From Sedimentisphaerales bacterium (lineage in GTDB: Bacteria; Planctomycetota; Phycisphaerae; Sedimentisphaerales; Anaerobacaceae): a DNA stretch of 64,000 bases. Position 1 is the stretch's first letter. Each line of letters starts with the position of its first letter. The position numbers and the translations under genes are program-made. Of this stretch, positions 34,845 to 45,962 are shown piece by piece. The stretch is taken from assembly GCA_040772485.1 (NCBI GenBank), contig JAXGYC010000007.1, positions 384,001 through 448,000 on the forward strand. Direction: 5' to 3'. A model generated the notes under the pieces. The model saw only the letters and a list, made by a program, of their open reading frames with translations. It did not search any database and was not told the origin of the DNA.

Positions 34845-36560
34845 CTACCGGCTGGACAGGGTAATCTCAGCCCAGTGGGCGGCTTCGAAACGCCAGCCCG
34901 TCGGCTCGTTGACCAGCTCGATCTTGACAGTGCGTCCTGCGTATGGCGACAAATCGACCCCAACTTCGGTCCATCCGACCGTGGTCGTATCCGGGCCAAT
35001 CGTCTTTCGCAGCAGTTGCTCTCCATCGACCTTGACGATCAGGTCCCAGTCACCCCGAGGGTCGTGGCCCACGACCAGCTTCAGCGTGCTGTCTTCGTTC
35101 GCGGGCAGCTTGACGGTCCGGCTGATGATGCAGCCGACTTCCTGGTTCAGAGGATGCGTCACAAGGACATTCTGCCGCCCACGCAGCTCCTTGCGGATGC
35201 CCGGAGCCATTTCCTCGCCGCACTGGACCACCTTCCAGCCCGGAGCGAACTTCTCGATCGCGTCGGACATATCCTTGCCGAGCAGCGCGGTGATCTTGGC
35301 CATTTCCTGCTTCGAATACCGCGTCTCCTGGGCCGGTCCTGGCTCCCAGCACCTCTCCAGACGACTCGGGCGAGGGCTTTGGACCGGGATCACAAAACAC
35401 TCCTCTCCCTGCTCATTCGCCTCGATCTTTCCGCCGCAGTTCTTCACAGCGTCGCGGGCCAGGTCTTCGCAGACGCGAATCAACGTGGGGAAGTTATATG
35501 GCGTATGGCTGAACTTGCCCCACGGGTCCAGCGCGATCTTGAACTTCTCCGGCAGGTTCTTGAACCCGATGGTGGTGAACAGGATGCCGGCGGCATTCGA
35601 CGGATTGCAGTCGGAGTCCTGGCCGCACCGAGTCGAGATGAGGATCGTCTGGTCCGGATCACCCTGGCCATACAGCAGGCCCATGACGATATAGGCGCCG
35701 TTGATCTTGGCGTCGATGTTGAACTCGTCCTCCGGACCCGAACACGAGAAGCGGCGATACGCTGGATTCAGATGGTACTTCTCGTTGATCCGTTGCCACG
35801 TCTTGGTCCAGTCGTCCGGGTGCTCTGCGTACCAGCGGAGCACGTCCCTGACACATTCATAGTACTGGCCGTCCTTCGGGATGCAGCGAAGCCCCGCCTC
35901 GATGATCTTGATCATGTCCTTCTCGAAGAACGCCTCGGCGTACATCCCGGCGACAAACTGCCCGCCGTAGAGGCCATCGCCGTAGTTCATCAGCCGCCCG
36001 AACTTCTCACCCAACTGGATCGCCACGTTGGGCATGCCTGGAGCAATCAGCCCGGCGTAGTCCGCCTCGATCTGATAGTCGATGTCGTCCGCGTGCTTGT
36101 TGAACTCGGGGTGGCCCGAATCCGGCGGAGCGATGCCGTTCCGCAGGTTGTCGCGCCCAGCCTTGTTGGCGTGCCAGAGCGGATAGCCGCTGTTGGCGAA
36201 ATCGATGCCCGCTTGCCGAATGGACACGTCGAATCCGTGCACCTCCAGCGTTCGCAGGAAGGTCATCTCCACATAGATGTCGTCCTGCTCGAACTGGTTG
36301 ATCATCGCGGGTTTCCACTCGGGCACCTGGTCCTCGGGAATGATGACCCCCTTGTAGCGAAACTCGGTAGGCGCGCCCCATCCCACGCCGGCCATCTGGC
36401 CGATCCATCCCGCCTTCATCTTGTCGACATACTCGGCCGTAGGAATCTGCCGCACATTCTCTTTGCCGGGCGTCAGTTTGGCCAACGGCGCACGTCCGCA
36501 GCCGAAACCGCCTACGATGCTGAGAACCCCGACGACGTGCAGTGCCCAACCTCGCTTCAT
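34845..36560 (-). CDS. ADP-ribosylglycohydrolase-family lipoprotein with C-terminal beta-sandwich domain
   Basis: AAGGAGG RBS; lipobox-like GFGC; WIGQMAGVGWGAPTEF, QDDIYVE, DIDYQIEAD and GQDSDCN motifs. Confidence 0.82.
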   Translation of the reverse strand: MKRGWALHVVGVLSIVGGFGCGRAPLAKLTPGKENVRQIPTAEYVDKMKAGWIGQMAGVGWGAPTEFRYKGVIIPEDQVPEWKPAMINQFEQDDIYVEMTFLRTLEVHGFDVSIRQAGIDFANSGYPLWHANKAGRDNLRNGIAPPDSGHPEFNKHADDIDYQIEADYAGLIAPGMPNVAIQLGEKFGRLMNYGDGLYGGQFVAGMYAEAFFEKDMIKIIEAGLRCIPKDGQYYECVRDVLRWYAEHPDDWTKTWQRINEKYHLNPAYRRFSCSGPEDEFNIDAKINGAYIVMGLLYGQGDPDQTILISTRCGQDSDCNPSNAAGILFTTIGFKNLPEKFKIALDPWGKFSHTPYNFPTLIRVCEDLARDAVKNCGGKIEANEQGEECFVIPVQSPRPSRLERCWEPGPAQETRYSKQEMAKITALLGKDMSDAIEKFAPGWKVVQCGEEMAPGIRKELRGRQNVLVTHPLNQEVGCIISRTVKLPANEDSTLKLVVGHDPRGDWDLIVKVDGEQLLRKTIGPDTTTVGWTEVGVDLSPYAGRTVKIELVNEPTGWRFEAAHWAEITLSSR

Positions 36561-36766
36561 GGTGTACCTCCTTATTTCCATACCTTCCCGATGGACCTCT
36601 GAGGCCCGGCCCCCGGACGTTGGTCCACAGCGTGATGGAGGCCGCAGAGCCGTGCTCAATTCCAGCTTATATCGCCTCCGGCGCAGCCGGTAAAGGCAAA
36701 TCGGGCCGGCCGGTCGCACTTGGGCGACAGGGGCGTTCGCTGGCGATGCATATTTGTAAGTGTGCG

Positions 36767-36794
36767 TTGCATTGACGGGACCAGCCGGTATAAT
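36767..36794 (+). promoter_or_regulatory. Promoter of the bamD-lptE-ftsH cluster
   Basis: TTGCAT-16 nt-TATAAT. Confidence 0.6.
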
Positions 36795-36859
36795 GAGGCC
36801 CGTCTGAGGCCACTGCGGGAGACGTCCTTCTTTGAGCCTCCGAATGGACCGAACCCGAA

Positions 36860-37855
36860 ATGATGAACCAGATGCGAAATGCCAGCCTGCTTGTGTTGAT
36901 GGCGATATCGTGCTTGGGCGTCTCGGCGACCGAGACATCCAGGCCCCAGGACGGGACCGAGCGGAAATCCGTTGTCGCCGATCCTCACCAGCGCTACCTG
37001 CAAGCCGTTGCCAAGCTTAAGGACACGGCGCGCGCCGGGGACGCCGGAGACGTCAAAGATGCGCTGGCCCGCATCAAGGATGACTTTCCACAGCACGCCG
37101 GGCCCGACCTCGAGCTTTTTGCGGTGGGCGAGCTGGAGTTCTGGAACGACCGATACGCCAGAGCAATGGTCAAGTACGAGAAGATGTTGAAGGATCATCC
37201 GGCCAGCGAGTTCGTCGATGACGTGATGGACCGGCAATTCGAGATCGCGACCGCCTACCTGGCTGGGCGCAAGAAACGCGTGCTGGGCCTTATCAACATC
37301 CGTGGCTACGCCGAAGGCGTGGAGATCATGGAGAAGCTCAGCGACCGCACCGGCCTGGACGAGCCCAACAGCATTGGTCTCAAGGCCGCTATCGCGGTAG
37401 CCGAGCACTACGAAGCGAGGGAGAAGTACATCGAAGCCTACCTCAAATGGTCAGAGATCGCATCGTATTGGGAGATGGGGCCCATCGGCAAGAGGGCGAT
37501 CCTTCGGATGGCGGAAGACAACTTCGCGGCCTACAACAAGCCGCCGGAGAAGCGGCAGCCGCTGCTGGATGCCTCCAAGCTGACGACGGCCAAGACCTAC
37601 TACGAGCGGTTCGCTCTGCGTTATCCGGAGGACGCCGCAAGACACGACATTCCGGCCAAACTTAAGCGAATCGACGAGCAGATGGCCTACAAACAGTATA
37701 CGATCGGCCGCTACTACCAGCGCACCAAGCGAGTGGAGGCCGCCAACCTTTACTACGACATGGTGACCGAAAACTGGCCCAACACCGAAGCGGCCCAAAT
37801 GGCCAAGGAAGCCCGGCAGGAGCTCCTCGACAGGATGCGAGCCCGTGAAGAGTAG
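36860..37855 (+). CDS. bamD: Outer membrane protein assembly factor BamD-like TPR protein
   Basis: TPR-like helices; KQYTIGRYYQR...AANLYYDMVTENWPNT C-terminus; adjacent to lptE. Confidence 0.72.
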   Translation: MMNQMRNASLLVLMAISCLGVSATETSRPQDGTERKSVVADPHQRYLQAVAKLKDTARAGDAGDVKDALARIKDDFPQHAGPDLELFAVGELEFWNDRYARAMVKYEKMLKDHPASEFVDDVMDRQFEIATAYLAGRKKRVLGLINIRGYAEGVEIMEKLSDRTGLDEPNSIGLKAAIAVAEHYEAREKYIEAYLKWSEIASYWEMGPIGKRAILRMAEDNFAAYNKPPEKRQPLLDASKLTTAKTYYERFALRYPEDAARHDIPAKLKRIDEQMAYKQYTIGRYYQRTKRVEAANLYYDMVTENWPNTEAAQMAKEARQELLDRMRAREE

Positions 37856-38384
37856 TCCGCGTACAATCCGATGCCGCTGGGTACTTCTGCTTGCCGCCGG
37901 TGCGCTGGCCGCGACCGGACTGGCCGGGTGTGCTTCGCCGGGCGGCTATTCGAACCAGAGCCTGTATCCGGAGGACATCCAAAGCGTCTGCCTGGAGATG
38001 TTCGACAACCGCAGCTTCCGCCGGGGCGTCGAATACACGCTGTCCGACGCACTGGCCAAGCGTATCGAGACGATGACCCCTTACAAGATCGTTTCCAGCA
38101 GAGACCGGGCCGACAGCGTCATCACCGGCCAGTTGATCTCTATCGACGAGTCGGCACTGACCATCGAACGTGAACTGGCACGGCCGCTGGAGAAGGAAGT
38201 GGTGCTGACGGCGACCGTGAACTGGAAGAATCTCAACAACGGCCAGCTCATGATCAACAGCCGGACAGTCACCGCCGCGGCCAGCTACTCGGATTTCCAG
38301 AACCAGGACTTCACCTATGCCGCGGCCCTCGCGGCAAACAAGCTGGCCCAGAAGATCGTAGAGCTAATGGAAACCCGTTGGTAA
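37845..38384 (+). CDS. lptE: LPS assembly lipoprotein LptE-like
   Basis: Lipobox LAGC; LYPEDIQSV...FDNRSFRRGVEYTL...LAQKIVELME. Confidence 0.78.
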   Translation: MKSSPRTIRCRWVLLLAAGALAATGLAGCASPGGYSNQSLYPEDIQSVCLEMFDNRSFRRGVEYTLSDALAKRIETMTPYKIVSSRDRADSVITGQLISIDESALTIERELARPLEKEVVLTATVNWKNLNNGQLMINSRTVTAAASYSDFQNQDFTYAAALAANKLAQKIVELMETRW

Positions 38385-38460
38385 ACTGCGCAAGATGGAC
38401 AACCCTCGGGGCGAAATGCACGATAGACGACTCCCCGGACACGGAATCGAACGTTACGCT

Positions 38461-40488
<2,028 letters not shown>

Positions 40489-40521
40489 GGTTTTCGCCTT
40501 GTTGTTGGCAGGGATATCGAA

Positions 40522-42366
40522 ATGAATGCAAGCAGGCAGGTTCTCGTATGCGCTGTTTGGGTCGCTCTGTGCGGCTCGTGGGCCATCGCCGCCACGGGCG
40601 GTGACGCAGTGGAGCTGGCTCGCGTCGACAGCGAGCACTCGCAAGTCCGCCTTGAAGCGGCGCGCATCGAGGATCAGCCGGCACTGGCGGTGGTTTTTGC
40701 GGGCACCGACGACCTGCACTACTACGCGAGATCTGAAACCGCCCCGGCCCCGCAATTCAACCTGAGGATTCGCCCTTCGGGAGACGGCCTGGAGTTCGGC
40801 GAGGCGGTCTTCCCTCCCTGGCAGATGTTCCACGACGTCGGGCTCGAGAAAGACGTAGAAGTCTACGTCGGCGACTTTCGTGTCCTGGTCCCTTTGCGTT
40901 CGACGGCGAGTGAGCCGGTCCGCGTAAGCGTTCGCATCACCGGCATGGCCTGCACGAGCCAGTTGTGTCTGCCTCCTTTCGACAAGACGGTGACCGCTGT
41001 CATCGACTTCGCGGGCGGGACCGCAACAGGACCGACCCAGGCCAAACCGGCAGAGGCGCCTCCCGTCGTACAGACAGGCACATCGGCGTCCTCGGCCGGT
41101 CAAGAGCCGACCCAACCGGATGGGACATCGAGCCGACAGGAAATCCTGCCGTACAGCACAGCGGTGTACTATCTGCTGGCCATCGTCGCGGGCATCTCGA
41201 TCAACATCATGCCGTGCGTGCTGCCGGTGATCCCGCTGATCCTGATGCGGCTGATCGACCAGTCCAAGCGCTCCGGCGGCGGTCGCCTGGCGGGCGGGCT
41301 GGCATTCTGCGCCGGCGTGATCCTGTTCTTCGCGGCCTTTGCCCTCGTCTCGGCGATCATCAACCTCACGACCGGCGCGGTCCTCGACCTGAACAGCCTC
41401 TTTCGCTATCCCAAGGCGGTCATCGTGTTGTTTCTGGCAATCGTGTTCTTCGGCCTGGCCATGCTGGACGTGATCACGCTGTCAGTGCCGTCGGGCCTCG
41501 CAAGCAAGCAGAACGCCGGCTCCGGCCTGCTCGGCACGGCGGGGATGGGGTTCTTCGCGGGCGTGCTCAGCACCCCCTGTAGCGGCGCCCTGCTCGGATT
41601 CGTGCTCGTCTGGGCGCAGACGCAGCCTCTGCTGGTCAGCAGCATCGCGATTGTGCTGATGGGCGTGGGGATGGCCCTGCCCTACGCCGTGATCGTCTCT
41701 GTCCCCTCCCTGATGGATCGCATTCCCAAGCCGGGAACGTGGATGGAGATTTTCAAGAAATCCACGGGCTTCTTGTTGTTCTTCATCGCCGTCAAGCTCA
41801 CCCTGGCGGCTTTGCCGAAGGACCGTCTCCTGAACGTTCTGCTGTACGGGATCGTGTTCAGCTTCTGTGTCTGGATGTGGGGCAAGTGGGTGGGGTTCGC
41901 GACGCCTGCCGGAAAGAGACGTCTGGTTCGATTCATCGCGCTGGTTCTGGCGGTTGGCGGAGCTCTGTGGCTGCTTCCGGCGTCGGGGGTTCCCGCGGGA
42001 GGCACGATCGACTGGCAATCGTACGATCGCGCCGTCGTCGACGGCGCCACATCGCGCGGCCGTCCGGTGCTGCTGAAATTCACCGCCGATTGGTGCACCA
42101 ACTGCAAGGTCGTGGAACGGAAGGTCTACCGCGATCCCGAGGTGATTCAACAATTGCAGAAGAAGAACGTGCTGGCGATCCTGGCGGACACCACAGTCAT
42201 CGACTACCCCGCGACACAAGACCTTCGGCAGGTCTACGGTGAGGCAGGCAATGTACCGGTGACGATCGTGCGTCTGCCGGGTGGGCAGGTACACAAGCTG
42301 CGAGGGATTTTCGACAAACAGGAACTGATCGATCTACTCAAGACACTGCCGGAGGGACCGAGGTAG
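40522..42366 (+). CDS. dsbD: DsbD-family thiol:disulfide interchange protein
   Basis: N-terminal CTSQLC; TM domain NIMPCVLP and STPCSG; C-terminal thioredoxin FTADWCTNC. Confidence 0.88.
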   Translation: MNASRQVLVCAVWVALCGSWAIAATGGDAVELARVDSEHSQVRLEAARIEDQPALAVVFAGTDDLHYYARSETAPAPQFNLRIRPSGDGLEFGEAVFPPWQMFHDVGLEKDVEVYVGDFRVLVPLRSTASEPVRVSVRITGMACTSQLCLPPFDKTVTAVIDFAGGTATGPTQAKPAEAPPVVQTGTSASSAGQEPTQPDGTSSRQEILPYSTAVYYLLAIVAGISINIMPCVLPVIPLILMRLIDQSKRSGGGRLAGGLAFCAGVILFFAAFALVSAIINLTTGAVLDLNSLFRYPKAVIVLFLAIVFFGLAMLDVITLSVPSGLASKQNAGSGLLGTAGMGFFAGVLSTPCSGALLGFVLVWAQTQPLLVSSIAIVLMGVGMALPYAVIVSVPSLMDRIPKPGTWMEIFKKSTGFLLFFIAVKLTLAALPKDRLLNVLLYGIVFSFCVWMWGKWVGFATPAGKRRLVRFIALVLAVGGALWLLPASGVPAGGTIDWQSYDRAVVDGATSRGRPVLLKFTADWCTNCKVVERKVYRDPEVIQQLQKKNVLAILADTTVIDYPATQDLRQVYGEAGNVPVTIVRLPGGQVHKLRGIFDKQELIDLLKTLPEGPR

Positions 42367-43077
42367 ATGGCAAGAAAGAAAGCCGCCGGGCAGACGAACA
42401 GAAAACCGAGTGCCAGGGCAAGCGGCTTTGACAAGGCCGCCGCTCAGCAGCGTGTCAAAGACATCTGGCCCATCCTGAAGAAGACCTATCCCGACGCCAA
42501 AGTCGCGCTGCACTTCACCAATCCGCTCGAACTGCTCGTTGCGACGATCCTCTCGGCCCAGTGCACGGACGTGCGCGTCAACATCGTAACCAAAGACCTC
42601 TTTAAGAAATACCGATCCGCCTCTGACTGGGCCGGGGCGGACGTCAGAGAAATCGAAGAAGATATCCGGACCACCGGGTTCTTCCGCAACAAGGCGCAGA
42701 ACATCAAGGGCGCCTGCACCCGGATTGCCAAAGAATTCGGAGGGAAGGTCCCTCAGACAATGGAGAAGTTGACCGCCCTTCCCGGCGTTGGTCGAAAGAC
42801 CGCCAACGTGGTGCTCGGCAATGCCTTTGGCACCCCCGGAATCGTGTGCGACACCCACGTGATTCGCCTCTCCCGCCGCCTGGCACTGTCCGATAACTCA
42901 GACCCGGTAAAGCTGGAGTTCGATCTGGCCGACATAGTTCCCAAGAAGGATTGGACGCTGTTCAGCCATTTGCTGGTTTTCCACGGCCGGAACCTCTGCA
43001 AAGCCCGAAAGCCCGACTGTCCGGCCTGTCCGATCGCGGCCTTCTGTCCGGCCGCCCATCGACCCGACCTGTGGTAG
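42367..43077 (+). CDS. nth: Endonuclease III
   Basis: LLVATILSAQCTD, HhH LPGVGRKTANVV, Fe-S motif CKARKPDCPACPIAAFC. Confidence 0.97.
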   Translation: MARKKAAGQTNRKPSARASGFDKAAAQQRVKDIWPILKKTYPDAKVALHFTNPLELLVATILSAQCTDVRVNIVTKDLFKKYRSASDWAGADVREIEEDIRTTGFFRNKAQNIKGACTRIAKEFGGKVPQTMEKLTALPGVGRKTANVVLGNAFGTPGIVCDTHVIRLSRRLALSDNSDPVKLEFDLADIVPKKDWTLFSHLLVFHGRNLCKARKPDCPACPIAAFCPAAHRPDLW

Positions 43078-43116
43078 CGGAACGGTCGACCACCTGAATC
43101 AGTGGAAACGAATGAA

Positions 43117-43848
43117 ATGATCGACACCCCCGACAAACCGGTGCAAGACCTGTGGCGGATGTTCCGGATCATGGCCGAATTCACGGAAGGATTCGAGGAA
43201 TTGGCCTCCGTCGGTCCGGCCGTTTCGATCTTCGGCTCGGCCCGCACACATCCCAACCATCGCTACTACAAGTTGGCCGCTCAGACCGCCTGCCAGATCA
43301 CCAAGGCCGGCTTTGCGGTCATCACCGGAGGCGGTGGCGGCATCATGGAGGCCGCCAACAAGGGCGCCGCCAAGGCCGGCGGAACCAGCATCGGCCTGAA
43401 CATCGAGCTGCCGATGGAACAGATCCCCAATGACTACCAGAACCTCTCCCTGCACTTTCGCTACTTCTTCGTGCGCAAGGTCATGTTCCTCAAGTACGCG
43501 CACGGGTTCATCGTCTTCCCCGGCGGTTACGGAACGATGGACGAACTCTTCGAATCGCTGGTTCTGATCCAGACGCTCAAGCAGATTCAGTTCCCGGTCA
43601 TCCTGATGTGCCATGAGTTCTGGGACGGGCTGATCGCCTGGGTGAAGGACACGATGCTCGGTGAGCACGGATACGTCTCGCCGGAAGACCTCAACGTCTT
43701 CACCGTGACCGACGACCCGGCCGAGGCGGTCAAGATCATTACCGACTTCCGGGACCAGCGCGGCCAAAGCGGCCTGGCTATGCCGCCCGGCATGAAGAAG
43801 GAATCGGGCTCCGAGCCCCGGCCCGACGCCACACAGTTCACCGGCTGA
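43117..43848 (+). CDS. LOG-family (TIGR00730-type) phosphoribohydrolase
   Basis: SIFGSAR, ITGGGGGIMEAAN, YFFVRKVMF, PGGYGTMDE; alternative GTG start at 43102. Confidence 0.92.
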   Translation: MIDTPDKPVQDLWRMFRIMAEFTEGFEELASVGPAVSIFGSARTHPNHRYYKLAAQTACQITKAGFAVITGGGGGIMEAANKGAAKAGGTSIGLNIELPMEQIPNDYQNLSLHFRYFFVRKVMFLKYAHGFIVFPGGYGTMDELFESLVLIQTLKQIQFPVILMCHEFWDGLIAWVKDTMLGEHGYVSPEDLNVFTVTDDPAEAVKIITDFRDQRGQSGLAMPPGMKKESGSEPRPDATQFTG

Positions 43849-43884
43849 CACACCTGGACCGGCCATCCCACAAACGCAACGCCA

Positions 43885-45192
43885 TCACTCGTGCCGCAGC
43901 GACTCGATGGGGTCCATATTGGCGGCCCGATAGGCCGGATACAGACCGAAAGCGATGCCGACGGCCCCGCTGATGCCGAAGGCCAGGATCAGCGAACTGC
44001 CCGTAATCACCGTGCGCATCTGCCCGAAGTGCGTCACGAAGAACGGGATCAGCGCGCCGAGCCCCATCCCGAGCAGGCCGCCCGACAGCGTCAGGATCAG
44101 GGTCTCGGAGAGGAACTGAATTACGATGTCTCTCTTCTTGGCGCCGAGGGCCCGACGGATGCCGATCTCGCGCGTGCGCTCGCTGACGGTCGCCATCATG
44201 ATGTTCATGATCCCGATGCCGCCGACCAGCAGCGAGATGGCCGCGATGGACCCGAGAACGATGGTGAAGATCCGCTGGAAGTCTTTGGCCTGCCGCATCA
44301 ATTCCAGCGGAACGACGATCTCGTAATCGTTCTTCTTGTGGAAGCGGGACAGAAGCGTCTGGACGCTCTGCCGTGTCCCCATGACCATGTCCACATCCTG
44401 GACCTGCACGATGATCTCCTGGAGCTCGACCCGTTCCATCGTCCCGGCGCCGCCGGAGGAGATTTGCAGGGACATCTCTCCGAAACGCTCTTTCACCGTC
44501 GTCAACGGGACGTACATGGCGCCCACGTTGGCGCCGGCGGCCTTCTTGGCTCCGGTGGCGTCCTTGGTTTCCAGTTCCGTTGAAGCCGGCGTCTTGCTCT
44601 GCTCGGTGGCAATGCCTACCACACGATAGTAGTCTCCGCCGATCTTGACATCCTGGCTGATGGGGTCGTCGAAGGCGAACAGCTCCTTGACCACACGTTC
44701 GTCGAGAACGCAGACGCCCTGCTTGTAGTGCATGTCGGTAGTGCTGAGAAAACGCCCGAACTTGACGCGGGTGGGAGATATCCCCGGATACCAGGGGACG
44801 GTCCCGACGACCTCCAGAGACACCCGGCGATTGCGATAGAGCGCCTGCTGTGAGATCCGCCGGTTCGGCACGATCACCTGGACGTCCGGAATCCCGTTCT
44901 GGAACCGCTCGGCGTCGTCGTACGTCAGGCCATATTCCATCAGGGTCTGCTGTTGACCTCCGGCGGCTTTGTCCTCCGGCGGCTTGATGGTCCTGATGAT
45001 GATGTTGCGGCTGCCGAGCTGGGCGATCTTCTCCTGGGCATCCTGGCTGGCCCCCTCGCCGATCGCCAGCATGGCGATGACCGAGGAGACGCCGAAGATG
45101 ATGCCCAGCGCCGTCAGCGTCGAGCGCAACCGGTGCATCCAGAGGCTCTTGGCCCCCAGCTTGATCGTGCGTTTCAGACGAAAAAAGAACAT
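43885..45192 (-). CDS. MacB-like ABC permease
   Basis: LRSTLTALGIIFGVSSVIAM; SLLVGGIGIMNIM; ERTREIGIRRALGA; YPAYRAANMDPIESLR. Confidence 0.95.
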   Translation of the reverse strand: MFFFRLKRTIKLGAKSLWMHRLRSTLTALGIIFGVSSVIAMLAIGEGASQDAQEKIAQLGSRNIIIRTIKPPEDKAAGGQQQTLMEYGLTYDDAERFQNGIPDVQVIVPNRRISQQALYRNRRVSLEVVGTVPWYPGISPTRVKFGRFLSTTDMHYKQGVCVLDERVVKELFAFDDPISQDVKIGGDYYRVVGIATEQSKTPASTELETKDATGAKKAAGANVGAMYVPLTTVKERFGEMSLQISSGGAGTMERVELQEIIVQVQDVDMVMGTRQSVQTLLSRFHKKNDYEIVVPLELMRQAKDFQRIFTIVLGSIAAISLLVGGIGIMNIMMATVSERTREIGIRRALGAKKRDIVIQFLSETLILTLSGGLLGMGLGALIPFFVTHFGQMRTVITGSSLILAFGISGAVGIAFGLYPAYRAANMDPIESLRHE

Positions 45193-45198
45193 AGCGTC

Positions 45199-45924
<726 letters not shown>

Positions 45925-45962
45925 CGTTGCTGGTATCCTTCGCCTCTCGCCGAGACTGAAAC

